A DNA stretch of 63,986 nt, filler included, from Sphacelaria rigidula (GCA_964200075.2; 6 parts of 6 records of this genome joined end to end with filler, not necessarily neighbours in it), one strand, 5' to 3'. Positions 12,508 through 26,132 are shown, numbered from the whole stretch's first letter. The notes: generated from the letters alone by a model not told the origin. Translations and numbers: made by a program.

Positions 12508-12827
12508 CTGGTGTGTCGAATAGTAGTCACAGTGCCCCGCGAAATCCCAAATGACCACTTCAAGCGGCTGAGCCGGGTTGGGTCTCCACGGCTGGATGTG
12601 AACATCCACACCTCGAGTCCGCTCGCTTTCCTTCGTTGGATCCGGCGCGCCCCGCAGTAAACCTCTCGTGAGAGTAGTTTTCCCTGCACATACCGCACCA
12701 ACCAGCACCACCTTCAACTTATGAGAAGTTGTTGCTCCCGAGCGTTCCAGCGCCTCGTGGTAGCTGACGATTTGCGCCCATCCGCCTCGAATAACCTCCT
12801 CTGAAGGCTCAGTCCAAGGGTTCGACC
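12508..12827 (-). CDS. Internal exon of a ROCO (LRR-Roc-COR) GTPase gene: end of LRR region and Roc G1-G3
   Basis: SNPWTEPSEEVIRGG (LRR cap), KLKVVLVGAVCAGKTTL (P-loop), RTRGVDV (G2), IWDFAGHCDYYSTHQ (G3); phase-0 donor CAG|GTAAAA after 12508; probable acceptor TTTCTAG before 12827. Confidence 0.9.
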
Positions 12828-15660
12828 CTAGAAATATTCCACCTCCAGTCAACGCAGGAATACGAGCAAACCTCTCAGCGGTAGCCTTTGGTATGCCTGT
12901 ACGCGTTCACACGAACGTTGTAGAGAATGTATCACGTGTTTGAAAGTTGACCGAATGAAGTCAAATGTACTACAACCTGATTCAGAGCGAAATAGGTGGT
13001 TCCGATCACGATAAATACCTAGACCCTCACATCTGGCCACGATCACAATACACCCCCCACCGCAAGGAATACCGGATAGTAAACACATCATCGTGGCACC
13101 AGTCGAGCTCTTTCCTCTTTTTTGCCAGAACACGGACTGTACCTTATCGGAAAAAGAGTCCGATACATGGCAGCACAGTTTGGTTAATTTCCGACATGTT
13201 ATATTCCCCACGGAGCAGGCTTTGATTCCGCAGGCAGAAAAAACACCGTCTCCTGCTCGTACAGAGCACATCTTGGGGGGCTCCGGAAAACGATTGGGTA
13301 GTCATGTACAAAGAGGTGCGGTGAGAGCGCCCAGCGTTCTTCTGGTTGGCAAACGATACAAAAGAGGAGACTTTCTCAACGCACGACGGGAAGTGCTGAA
13401 ATGTCCGTAATGAGGGAATGCTCTCGCTCCCCGTGTGAAACAGGGGGCCCTTTCTAGTTACCCTTACGATGGGAGGCAAATGTAGCCTCGCTGGCCGAGC
13501 CAACTTACCAGCCTCAAACAGCAAACTCGAGCAGTAAACCATTGCCGACAACAACAAAATTCCTGGTCCTGGGGGCATGGCACAACGTATCTTACTTGGC
13601 GAAGGAGCGACTTTCACGGCTATGGAATGACCCTAAAACGACAGCTACTATTTGATATTGGTTGCCCTCGTGTGAGGTACCCCAAACGGCCGAGCCATCA
13701 GTTCGTGTGTACTCAGGTCAGCGTTACTGACGGCGTAGGCTGTGCCAGATTTTGGAAATACAGTATCAGCTAAACCGTGCAAAAGGAAAGTGGAGGTAGT
13801 ATGAGCTGTTCAACAGTACATTCTTCAGCATGACACGAGCACTCGGGGGTGAAGCTGTTCCCTGGACCACATGGTCGGCGTTCGCTTTCTAGGTCACCTA
13901 ACTGACGTGACCCTGTTTCTTCTCGTCGGTTGTTGTCTGCTTCCTTTTTATCGCAACCTTGGCCATGTTCCTAGCTGCGTTCCCACGCGTGTTCTACTTG
14001 GTCTGTCGTGTTCCATTTTTCGTTATTTTCCCTCCTCTTATCTCTCCCATTGTCCTCCTCTTCCTCTATTTTTATTTTTCAGTCTAATTGTTTTGTGTAT
14101 CGTCCCCTGAGAGGTCGTTGGTGACAGTCCATGTCATGATAGTGTGTTTCCACATAGCTTCCACGTATTTTTGTCCTCGTACGACAGTTTTCCTCTCAAG
14201 TCATGTTTCCCGGACTGACCATTTCTGATTACTACAGTAGTTGCTTTCTCTTTTTTTCGTCACCATTTCATCATCCACAAGGGGACCTGCTTCCCGACTC
14301 AATACTTACTTCCTTTTCCTTCTCTTCCTCCATGTGATGTCCCTCTTTTTCTTGTGCATCGCCTTTTGCTTACAGTTTGATACATTTGCTTGCATCTGCA
14401 CTTCTTCATCTTTCCCTGTCGTCGAGTTCCCTTTAGCGCGTGCTACCACTTTGATAACGTTGGGCGCGTGTATCTTGTCATCACGCCTGAATCTCTCGTG
14501 TCTTGATTGATCACATTCAATCGACCAAATCAATCAACATAGTCTTGGATCACGATGCGCTAGGATTCCTCCCAAAATACATTGCAGCATATAGCGAGGC
14601 ACCTGACAGAACGTGTCACCGCATGAGCTGCAATCGCAGAGACACCTGTGAGGTTGAAATATTTTACATCGCTGTGGACGCCAAACCTTTAAACCGCTCA
14701 CAATTCCTTGTACATGATCTCGTGGACACGAACATCCGTGCGCACACTCGGGGAATACAAATATGTAAACGAGGCCGTACAGTACAAACGATTGGCGCAT
14801 GACTGACAAAGATGCCGACCTCATGGGCGGTACATCAAGACGGTAAACCAACACGCTAATCCCAGCATCGATGGTCGCGCAGTGTGTCTGAACATTGACT
14901 ACTTTGTCACCATGAGCATATACCACGGCAGCAGCTAATAGTATTTGAGTTAAAGCTGAAGTATTTGTGAAACGATAAAGCGTTTGCAACGCAATTTGGG
15001 CGGACGTACAGGCCCACCGTCTGTAAAGTTCAAATGATATATCATCGTCAGCTTCATGAGTGTTTCGGCAAGCAAAGGTGCGTCCGGAGTGCACGGATAA
15101 GGACGTCTCTAGCACACCGGGAGGAATTTTCTGGCACTTCAACTTGAGACCTCAATCACCCAATTTCACACTTTTCTATTCAGCAGTCTCCAACTTTGAT
15201 CGTTCAAATGTTGCGTATGGCCAAGAATATAAAACCTGACACCGTCACAAACTGCATTTTCTTCCTTGGTATCAGGGCCATGGTCAGGGTTGGGGTTTCA
15301 GGTGTCTGGTTCGGAAACCCTGGTACCGAGAAGCGCCGCGAACATGTACGCCCTGGAAGCACTGCAAGCAGCACTTGCCTTCGAGCGTTCAAGGTTGGCG
15401 CCCGCATATTTTTCCCACCTTCGGGTTAATACGGGACCAACAAGCTGTACAGGTTTGAATCTTCACTTCCGATGGGCCCTGAACCACACGTTATTTCCTG
15501 GCAGCTGTGATGCCCGCAAGATGACTGCGCTGCATATGTCTTATCCACTCTCGACTCACCGGGACCAACAGAGTATACAGCATCACTGCCTTCACATCAT
15601 GAGGAGTCGACTCGTATGAACTCTAACTCGTCCTAACCGTGAAATGTTGTGTTTACTAAG

Positions 15661-16115
15661 GAACCTCCGTGGTGCCTTCAAAACAACTATCTGATCGAGA
15701 GCAGCATCTCACGCACGTACTCAACCATGTGGCACAGAGAAAGGACAGCCCGCGAACAATGAAGCCGGCGCGCTCGTGGGCAGTATCCACACTACAGACA
15801 CATTGCCAATGAGCCTCACGACCCTCAAGGAATGGCAGTACTGCATTTCGTATGAAGAGCCAACACATGTCACCTGCTGCATCTGGAACCATTTCCTCCT
15901 CCCCTTGTGCTGAAACCCAATCAACGCAAAACCCTACCGCACCCCACACAACGCAATTATATTGCATTTTTCTCGTTTTTTCTTCGTCCTTCTTTTCGTT
16001 TCCTGTATGCAATCCGACCCTCCGTCCTACGACTACTGACTGAAAGACTGGACATACGATGGATCTGAAGGATGCGGAGACTAGGCTGTGCTTGCTCCTA
16101 TTTGACAGCCTGATG
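15661..16115. repeat. Diverged direct repeat, copy 1 (pairs with 18961-19472)
   Basis: Shared blocks CGTGGTGCCTTC, CAGCCCGCGAACAATGAAGCCG, TGCATCTGGAA, GGATGCGGAGACTAGGCT in the same order. Confidence 0.85.
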
Positions 16116-16484
16116 AAAATATTTTTCAAATCGAATTGCACTACTAGCGAGCGCTGTATGCGTCGACTCCTAGGCCTTGTCTTCCTTCCTCGAGCAAAAT
16201 TGCCACTCCAACAGGAGATCAACCCTCCCGGTCGAAGGGTTCATCTATGTTGATCCGTTTATGCGGGAGTATTGTTTTTTGGTGGAGGATGTGTGCCACC
16301 AGTCCGTTTCCTCGTCAGTGATATATATTCATCACCCTGATTGCTCGTGTGCCAATGATGGTCGGTGCAGGGACATTTGTGTCACAACCATTTTTCATGA
16401 CGGAGGCACCGAAAAATGTGAATGTTACCGGGTGGCGCCATCAAATCACAGGGAAGATGCACTCGTTATGGTCATCACCCGTCG

Positions 16485-16700
16485 ATGATGGAAAGTTCGA
16501 ACACTTTGAGAAATTTCCGGCGACGTTTTCGCCACGACCAAGAGTACGTTTACTTGTTACAAGCCTGACAACAGTTGAACTTACACAAAAACTAGTTTTC
16601 GAAACACTTGTATACATTACGTGAATAAAAGCGCATGCACTCTTGGTCGTCGCGGAAATGTCACCAGATATCTTCAACAGTGCACAATTTCGATAATCGA
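16485..16700. repeat. Degenerate foldback (MITE-like) element
   Basis: CGACCAAGAGT (~16535) and ACTCTTGGTCG (~16639) anchor imperfect inverted arms of roughly 40-60 bp. Confidence 0.55.
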
Positions 16701-18960
16701 AGAGCGATATTCGCCCCTGGCGGGTTATGTCTACAACCTCCCCTTTTTCTACTCAAAACTTGATACCCGTGCAATCATCGTAAATGAGGGCGAGATGGAC
16801 TATACAAACAAGGAGATACATGTGCAAAATTTGAAACTGACGAGAGACGCAGTCTCCGCCGTAAACGAAGGATTACCACGTGCTCAGCGTCAAACTTCGA
16901 GGGCCAGGCAACCCAAATTGAAGAAAATTGACGACACTGATCTTCAGGATGGTCACGCATCATGCGCATGAAGTCACCAAACTGGCATTATGGTAAAGGA
17001 CCTTTCACATGTTCTCTTTGTTCGGAAAACGATTTCAAACATTTTTGAGAACTGCTCGTTTCACCCAAAAAATATGCACGCAACAACATACTGGGTGTAC
17101 CACGGAGAGATCAATTGGTTCCCTCTCTCTACGGACTCACCCTGAGAAAGAGGGAAGGGGGTTGACCCCTTGATTGACAACACAGACTCGTCTCGAGGGA
17201 GGGGGGAAAGGCTTGTCCCCTTGACACCACGGACTCGTCCCGATGGAGAGAAGGGAAGGAAAGGTGCTATGATGTCAACGGCAATACCCCTTACATATGG
17301 AACACGCAACGACCTGAGGCGATAGCTGGTCATAGCTTCTGCGGAATAGGGTGGAAACATACATCAAAACTTGTGCATGAATGGCGCTAGCGATCGACGC
17401 CATTCAGCTACTTTTGTGGCGAAAAAATATTAGTGGCCGCGATTAAAATTCTATCGTGACACTCAATAGACATTGGTGGGCGCAACTGATATCCTCTCGT
17501 GACCAACAATATGTATTGGTGGCAGCGTGGCAGATCCTTTTGTAATTAGCAACAGACATTGGTGACCACAAGTCAGAGCCTATTGCAACAAATAAAATGT
17601 ACCGGTAGACAACTTGACCGCTCCATTGTCACGGCAATAATACATTCTGCACCCTGTCTCGAATCTATTGTCGCCTACAATAGCTATCGATAGACATTGA
17701 TGCCAGTCGATTATGACAGTCAAATTTTCGGGGCTATTGCAGCGCCGATGTTTTATTACATAGACTTTTGTCCAGGGAATAAGCAAATCTCACCCACACA
17801 CTCAAGTACGGTGAGCGCTCGCGTCCATCAGAGGGACAACCGCAAGTACCAACACCACAGAGGTAACTGAAGCTGTAAACTTTTGTCCACACATGTTGCC
17901 GATTCCTACAAAATACAAGCGTCTCGTAAGTAGAAACGCAATGTCATAATTCACAACTAGAATCATTATATACCCACTGCATGTCCACCTCCGGCTTCTC
18001 TACCGTATCTTAACGGAGTATAGGATGCTCTATACGTCGTATGTTCCGATGTAGGTGCGGCAATTACACGACAGAGAAAGTCTATCGGTAGATATCCAAC
18101 GATATTAATTGCCATGCATAGATTTATACGCAATCTGCCAATAGCTATTGCCGTTATCAATAGATTTCAGTGTAGGGCCACAGCAGACTGCTGCCCAGGC
18201 AAGAGTGTGAGAAAATGAGTGTGGGAAAATGGTCTATCGATAGACATTGCCGACGACAATAAAAGAGAATCTTGCCGATCGATGGCCATTACGGATGACA
18301 ATATTGGCATCTCCTGCAGCAGATTATATTGCTATCGCAATACATGCCGTCTACTGTCCGGAGTGTGATACACTCTCGAATTGCCGGACTACCATCGTAG
18401 ACGGGGGCACCACTGTGTAGCCCGTTTCTGACTGTATTATGAAGAGTTACACCGAGACGGACGATAAGAGCCACGGCGTTAACCGCAGCTTCAATGGCCA
18501 CAGTAGCAGAAAAAACCGCACCCAGACCATTCCTCGGTGAAGCGGTAAGTCTACATTTCCACAGCCATGAATATGACACCCAGAGGACGCACCAGAATAG
18601 CACTTTGCCCATTCGAGTCCGACACTGAAGAAGTGAGATTTGTTAAACGACGTCGGGCGCGCGACGCAATTAGGGCGGGCGTACAGGTCCGTCATCGGGA
18701 TATTTCAATATTTCCACCCTCGTCTATTTCAAAAGCACGCCATCCAGCACACCGGGAGTCATATTTGTCTCCCCGAAATTTGTATCGAGTCCTCATGCTT
18801 CTTAATTCTCAGAGTTTGGGATCAACAGAAGTCATGATAAAGACGTGGTAACCGGAAAACCCCCCAAACTCCCTTAGGATCGAACATTCCTGGTACAAGG
18901 GCACCTACGCTTCACTCAAGATATAAACCAGTAAATGGTGTGTATGAGGAAAAAACTTGC

Positions 18961-19472
18961 GAAGCATCGTGGTGCCTTCGAAGTAGCCCATTGATCTCGA
19001 GCAGCATCATGTGCATATAATGCCTCACCATGTGGCACCAAATAAACAACAGCCCGCGAACAATGAAGCCGTCCCGATTGTAGGTAGTATCACATACGAC
19101 GGACACCACTGCGGACGTGGGTAAACAATGTATTCATGTTGCCCCACAACGCGCGGGGAACGGCAGTAATGCAGTTCGTATGCAGATCCAACACATGTTA
19201 CCTGGTGCATCTGGAATCATCTTGTCCTCCCCGTGTGCCAAAAACAAACAAACCCCAAAACACCCCACACAAGGCAATTTTCTGGGGTTTTTTTTCCATT
19301 TCCCCCATTGTTTTTCTTCATTTTCTTTAATTCCTGTTTGAAATCCATGCATACTGTCGAGGGAGGCAGTCCAACCTTACGTCCTATTACTACTGACTGT
19401 ACGACTGAACATACGACGGACATAGAGGATGCGGAGACTAGGCTATGCTTGCTTCTATTTCAGCGTCCGATG
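18961..19472. repeat. Diverged direct repeat, copy 2 (pairs with 15661-16115)
   Basis: Same blocks as copy 1, with internal indels. Confidence 0.85.
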
Positions 19473-20020
19473 CCGCGAATGGCCGAGAGTTTTGAAAATC
19501 CGACACCGCCACGTTTCGCATCCTCTTCCTCGGGGATACCGTGAGCGTTAAGGTAGAAGTACCGTTTCAGAATTCCTGGTACTATCGAGTGCTGCAAATA
19601 TGCACTCCCTTATTCCGACTGTTTTCTCCCGAGGTAGTCATCACGAGCGAAATATATTCTGAGGGGAGCGGGTCGTGCATCGCCGCAGACCGTTGATCTT
19701 CAGCGTTTGCAACGTTACTAGTCGTGCTTTCAGTATAGCTGTGCGCATCTTACAGAGTAGAGTGCCTCCAAACATGTTCCAAAACACCCGCACATGAAAA
19801 ATCCCACACCTACACTTTTATTTGTACCAATGCTGGAATATCATGTATGGGAGAGGAGGGAAGGGTGAAGTTGGTGGAACAAGTTGGAAACAGTACCGAT
19901 TGCAGCAGCTAAGAAAATGCTTGGATGCTCGGAAACGACGAGTTATATAACTTCAAGAGCAGAGTGAAGAACGTACGCAACTAAAACAGAGACATGAGTA
20001 AATTGGTATGGTATTTTTTT

Positions 20021-20320
20021 CCCCTCACACTTTGAACCCTTTTCCTCCCTCGGGATGTGTCCGCGGTCTCAAGGGATCAACTCATCTCTTCCCCCGTACG
20101 TGCCTTTCATTTTGATCTCGCCGGTTGGATCGGCACTCCCGCACCGCGTCAACTTACGTCACACAACCCCAGTCGACTACTTTTATTTACTCACGTTCTC
20201 ACGCTTTCCACGGTGGAAATCATACATTACAAAAAAAAAAACGAAGGCATCGGTGATCGAACCCCCGTTCTCTCCACCCTGACGGCGACAGTCGGACCAT
20301 TACACCACCGGGGCGCGGCG
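20021..20320 (-). mobile_element. tRNA-derived SINE, family A
   Basis: Minus-strand head GCCCCGGTGGTGTAATGG (A box) and GGTTCGATC (B box); body shared with 40596-40912, 48611-48907 and partial copies 21190-21265 and 36478-36545. Confidence 0.75.
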
Positions 20321-20754
20321 GTAATATAGCATGAAGAAGATCCGAATAAAGAGATTGTCAACCATAGTTGATAGGGCTGCAGGCTGGGATAAGGTGGGAT
20401 AGACAAGTCAAGATAGAAGGAAACCAACACCAAATACTGCGCATGGGTGAAGGCAAGGAGTACAGGAGACATGAAAGACAGGGCATAAATAAATGCTCAG
20501 ACGCCAAGTAGACGAGGAAATATACCTGAAGATATAAAAAGGGAAACATATCTGCATGGCCTGTGGCACGCGGCGAAAAAACTGAAACTGCAATTTCGAG
20601 CGAGGGGGCTCCGAATTTGATCAAATATCGATAAATATATTTTTCATCTGGTCCAAAAAGTGTAGGTACTCCATCGAAAGCATTTGTTAGTATTCAACTA
20701 CTGTGGAGTTTGATGGGGACGCCCCGTACGTTTCCAGTCGGTGAAGCGGACAAA

Positions 20755-21019
20755 AGTACGAGCTAGGTCAGCCTGGAGGCGGGTTTGAAGCTTGCAGGCG
20801 AATGCGCCGGCCAGTATTTAGGGCTGGAGCGAAAAATTTTGTATGGACAATGCATAGAGAACACCGAAAAATATTTTTGATTATTTTCCATGAGTTGAGG
20901 GCAATAATCGGTTCTCAGGTTACATCACGGTGCTTTCGTAATTTATGTTCATGCCCTATGCATTGTCGACACCAAATTTTACGCTCCAACTATAAATATT
21001 GGCCGGTGCATTCGCCTTC
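20755..21019. mobile_element. MITE-like element with ~65-bp inverted arms; family also at 32048-32115, 42528-42628 and ~53815
   Basis: 20794-20857 is an imperfect reverse complement of 20956-21019; related sequence sits at both ends of contig 4. Confidence 0.65.
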
Positions 21020-21265
21020 TGAAAACCGGGTCGGTAGATACTCGGAACAAAATTTCGCAGGCCACTCACCGGCCTACGTTAGGTTTTCGTGTATAGAAAA
21101 ATTGTGTGGGCCCTCGATAGGGTAAAAATCAACTAACCTCAGCGGGTGAGGTTGCTTGTTTTACTGGTTTACGGGGTTCTAGTATGGTGGAGACTGGGTT
21201 TGTGTGACGTGAGTTGACGCGGTGCGGGAGTGCTGACCCAATCGACGAGACCAAAATGAAAGGCG

Positions 21266-21365
21266 NNNNNNNNNNNNNNNNNNNNNNNNNNNNNNNNNNN
21301 NNNNNNNNNTTAATTAATTAANNNNNNNNNNNNNNNNNNNNNNNNNNNNNNNNNNNNNNNNNNNN
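21266..21365. other. Artificial contig linker
   Basis: 44 N + TTAATTAATTAA + 44 N. Confidence 0.99.
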
Positions 21366-23959
21366 AGTTACTCGTACACTTGTTTTGACGTCATCTGCAC
21401 GTGGGGCGCCGCTGCGCTGAGAAATGAATGTTGATCTGAAGTGGAACACCCGCTGGATGATGACAATCAATGCGAAAAGCCGGTACGGCAGCACGCGCGC
21501 TGTGGGTGCCGCGAGTCGCTGAAACTTGGCCCACATGTCATCATAACCACAGCAAACTACCTTATGTCGCTCAGCCTGTCGTGGGGCCATACAGTAGCGT
21601 GTACCAGCGACACGAAAGTTCAGATTCTGTCCCGAGAAAAGTGTTTTTTTTTTCTATCGGCGCAACACTGGATATGAGTGCTAAATATGCTCTATCCGTG
21701 TCCCCCCTTGAGTGCGTCACGTTCTGCACACAAAGGTGAATATGCATCAAAACAAAATAATGGGGTATTACTTGGGTCAAGTGTGTAATACGTGAGAGGA
21801 CCGCGTGCTTAGAGAACTAAATTGTAATTTGAACATCCATATAGTTGGGGTTAGGGTGAAGGTGAATTTGAAAAACGTCGATTCTGAGGTGTTTCGAATT
21901 ACGATGCAGTCCTCTAAGCATGCGGTCCTCTCACGTATGACAATGTGATCAGGAAAGTGCAAATCCGTCCCATCCAGAAATCAACTCTTCTTGTAGAATT
22001 ACCCGAGCTACCACGCAATGTCGGGGCCGAACGACGTATTGTTTAGCAAAGGGTTCTCAAGACTTGAAATAATCGAGCAGCATTGTCCGCACGCCCAGGC
22101 ATTCTAGAGGAGGGACGCAAGACTGTGGCTGTCAGTGCGCGTGGTCTTCACACCTGAAGGCTTCAGTTGTACCGGCAAATCACCGGGTTGGCGACGTCGT
22201 TCGAGGCACGCGGAGCGTGTCGGCAAACCTTGACTCGGGTGTCTTACGTTTTCGAGAAAAGTCATTATTGAGTCGGCCGTAGGCGCGGAAATAGTCGACA
22301 TATTGAAAGGCCGGTTTTACGACCAAGAGTGCCCAAGAAATGACTGGGCTTGTAAGGTACGTGGCCCATGAGCATGTAAGAAATGACAAAGGAAGTCTAG
22401 GACGTGCCTAGGTGCGTGCAAGAAATAACTATAGCGACTGAGCACGTTCACCATGAGCTCAGCAGCGCGGGATTTGTCCGAACTGGATAAAAAACTCTTG
22501 ACAGATGCACTGAAGCAGGTGTTTATTGCCCCAGCCATGTTTGCCTTCGTTCCCAGGTATGCTTCATATCCCTCTCCGTTTTAGTATCGTGGAATAAATT
22601 ACCACTCCCGCACAGAGTAAGCCCCTGCAAAAAAAACGTTTTCGATGCTCCTGTTCTCATGTTTTCAAAAGGCAGGAATCAGAAAACCCGGAGTAAACCC
22701 GCATCTCACCACCCTGATGGACTCAGTTGGACTCAGTTGTTGTATGATTAGACCAACGGAGCGCGGTGGAAACATTAATTTCATCAAACGTAGCAGCCGA
22801 GAGGCGACCCGTGTAGTCATCAGAATATATAGAGCAGGCTTTGTAGCCTTTCAGGTGCGATTCGGAACTCAGATTTCACCTGTTGACTCGTGATTTGTGG
22901 TGAACAATGTTTTAGGGTTACGTTATAACTCAAGTTTCCAACGAGCGAGATGAAGTAAAACCAGCAGAGCAATGTACAGTATACATATGCTAGCAGGTTT
23001 GACGCAAATGTACCGTCTGCATGGACGCTTGTGGCCTCTCTTTTGCTACAGTTGGCACAACATAACCCTCGAAACTCCGCCATGGACGTTACAAGCGAGG
23101 CCGAAATATTCGCGGTGTATTTGCACGTGTATTCTAGTCAGTGGATTACTGGCAAGATAGAACAGGAAAGCAGCCCAAGGTACAAGCCACGACCACGAAC
23201 ACAGAGCAGCTCCTCCAACCTTTCGATGTACAGAGTGAGTTTTAGAAATTCGAAAATTCATCCGAAACGGTTCCACAAAATTGTCATCGCTCAGTTACTT
23301 CAGTCGCGAACAACCCCAGCTTAGTGCAGGGTGTATAGTGAAGGAGTACCGTGTGGGAGTCTGGGGTACGCAGCGTGTAGCGCGCGTGACCAGGATTGAA
23401 AGGCTGGAAGCTGTCACATTTCGAAAGTGTTATGTTGCGAATTAATACAGTCCCCCCCAACTTTGGTGGTCAGAGAGGGGATAAAATAGTTAGGCATGCA
23501 TTCAGATGTGTCTAAGAAGGTTTCGCCAACGGTTTTTGTACTGCGTGCCATCGAAAATCGGATGGTGTAATAGGACGTCATTGACTTCGGCTGGCATGTT
23601 GAATAATTACTGTGTTAGTGTGGTTTGAAATTACTGGAAGATCGATTTTCAACACGCTCTCAAATGATGTGAAGTTGCAAGCGGGATAGGAGACAGCGAA
23701 GGCGGTTAAAATCAACTGGAACGACGGCCATTGACGCCTCGGTGATGGACGAAGGCTTACGCCGTGTCGTTCGAACACCACAAAAATGTTTTTTTTTCCT
23801 TCCCAGAGCACCTCCTACTTCTTGTGCCAACACCCCGAAACGCTAGCACGCTCGACTGGTAGATTGAACTCTGCCTGCAGAAAATATTTAATGAGTAATT
23901 TCCTGACTCAGATACGCCCTTTTGCATAATTCAGTCCACATGTCCATGCGCCGGTATTC

Positions 23960-24290
23960 AGTACACATTTTCACAGAGGTTGCACTGCACATCAACGCGA
24001 CCTGCCAGGAGTATGAGTGGGCGGTCAAGTCTGTCCACGTTGATGATGCTGTCCGAGCAGATGTAAATGTTTTCATCGAACTTTACCGCTGCATCACCTC
24101 TGCGTGGGCACGCCTCCGGAAGCATGGTTCCCAACTCTGTGGTCAGCCCAAGGCCCATTTACCACTGAACGTCCGGCTCCTTCAAGCGAAGGGGTTGCAA
24201 GCTGTGCCGTACGGATAAGCTGTGCCGTACGGATATGCTACATGGATGCTGCGTTCCGAGGACACCAACAGTCTGCCCTACGAGCAATAT
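23960..24290 (+). mobile_element. Decayed RTE-type LINE fragment
   Basis: VALHINATCQEY..IELYRCITSAWARLRKHGSQL..NVRLLQAKGLQAVPYG/YATWMLRSED matches the same post-RT region as the contig-1 LINEs; AAGCTGTGCCGTACGGAT is tandemly duplicated. Confidence 0.65.
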
Positions 24291-24594
24291 TTTCAACCCA
24301 AATCTGTGGGACGAACGAATGTGTATTCGGAGTATCGAAAAAGGATGAAGCCGAGGAACTCCCAACGACAAAGCGAAATCGTGAAAGAAGCTAAGAGACG
24401 ATCTACACTCGCCATTGTCAGGAGCAAACTCAGCCCGTGATCAGGGTTGCTAGTGGTCTACAACGTTGTGCCGAAACACATCATCAGCACAGCTATATCC
24501 ACCAGCACTTCGCGACACCATCAACATTATCTCTCCGCCAAACCAATTCTGGGTCAAACATGCCACTGACAGGGCATCGGGCCCATTGGACGCC

Positions 24595-24804
24595 TCAGGG
24601 ACTCGGAAGTTTGAACTGGGCCACGTTTTTTGTTCTAACCCAAGCCCAGTGCACCCCTCCGCCATGCTTGTCGACAAACTCCATACTCTCTTCGAAGCTG
24701 GTGAATGGCGCATCTTTCTTCTTCGTCTTCACCCCATCAAACTCGAAGCGCTTGATCACCTCCTTGAGCCGTTCATACTGATGTCCGTCAAGTGGAGCAG
24801 GCCT
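24595..24804 (-). CDS. ROCO gene, terminal exon (69 aa + stop; absent from the ORF track)
   Basis: TAGCAG acceptor, phase 0, RPAPLDGHQYERLKEVIKRFEF..VDKHGGGVHWAWVRTKNVAQFKLPSP*, TGA at 24597-24595; 210 nt. Confidence 0.8.
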   Translation of the reverse strand, partial: RPAPLDGHQYERLKEVIKRFEFDGVKTKKKDAPFTSFEESMEFVDKHGGGVHWAWVRTKNVAQFKLPSP

Positions 24805-26132
24805 CTGCTAACGATGTATGGTAACGCCGGAGTAATGGGAGCGCAAGGGCAAGAGATGCAGCCAACACAACTGCGAGTAAGATGGAGTTGCAGACACTAA
24901 TGAGTTCAGCAACCATTCTCACCTGTGGAAATTGGTACCTGCCTCAAGGAGAGTTCCGGAGGGTGGGTTTTGCCGAAAAAGCGCTGTTGACGAAGCTCGT
25001 AGGGGTTTGAAACATTATCCGCAGTTTCAGGGTAACAAGGAGTACTGGACAACTCGAGTGCATAAGAAACCGCCTACAGGATAAATGCTGTGGACAATAA
25101 TCCTATTCTGTAGGTAAGGGTAACTAATATGGAGCCATGCACGGGGAGTGAAGCATCCGGGCACTTTTCGTCGAGATCATCACGAGCGCGTGTTTCATCG
25201 TGTGCTGGACACCAGCATCGCGAGCGGTTTCCCTCATTCGGTATTTCAAACACCCTACACGTGCTGCTACGAATACCCCTCTCTCTCGATTTGTTTCGTC
25301 CGGCAAACCACACACAAGCTGCCCACAAAATCTGTTGGCGTGGTTGTGACGGGTTCAAGGGGCGGGCGTCTTGCCGCCGCGGGTTGATTGATTGTCGTAC
25401 ATTAACTGATCCCCCGGGGATCCAGACGCGCTGACAGGATGAAGGTACCGAAGGCAAACGACACGAAAACACTCCTTGATGTAAAGGGAACACGGGGCAA
25501 TAGACACGACAACGCAGAAAAAAAAAGAAATCGAAACAATCACAAGAAGAGAATACAGCCGATCTCCATGACTTGTATCATCGGCTGAATAGAAAGAAGG
25601 CCGACCCTCGCATCTTGGGTCATACTTGTACTTCACCTTAATCACCTCTACCGAACTTGGGTATATCTTTCACTGAGGCCGTAGTTAGTATTTGCGTCCT
25701 TACTTAGCCTGCATCCATCCTCGCTCGTCATGACAGGTAGATCACATGCGTACTTATGTGTTGCATGTTCGCGGCAGCGCGAACATCCCTTCAACTACTC
25801 GAGCCTGTATCAAAGTGATACTTCAAGCTCATGTATCTTGTTTTAAACGGTAGTAGTTGCCAGGTCAATTCTTGAGAGCTGGTTGTAACTCGAGCGTTTT
25901 CGTCAAATATGCTACTTGATCACACCAGAAGAGCAGGCTTGGACCACGACGGTGAAGTGCATTAGATAGCACAAGGAGCGAAACTTGGAAGCCTTCATCG
26001 CACGTTTCACAATATGGCCCATTCGTCCCGAACACGATACTTACATCAATTATTACCACGAAAATATCTGAATTCCAGCGAGTCATCACGGGGGTATGGG
26101 CAGTAGTGGACTTGAATCATATCCATGCCTAC

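Noticed and set aside
15661..19472. Direct repeats as LRR exon cassettes or a clear LTR pair
   Set aside because: No LRR-coding exon, no TG..CA ends, primer-binding site or pol remnants recognised.
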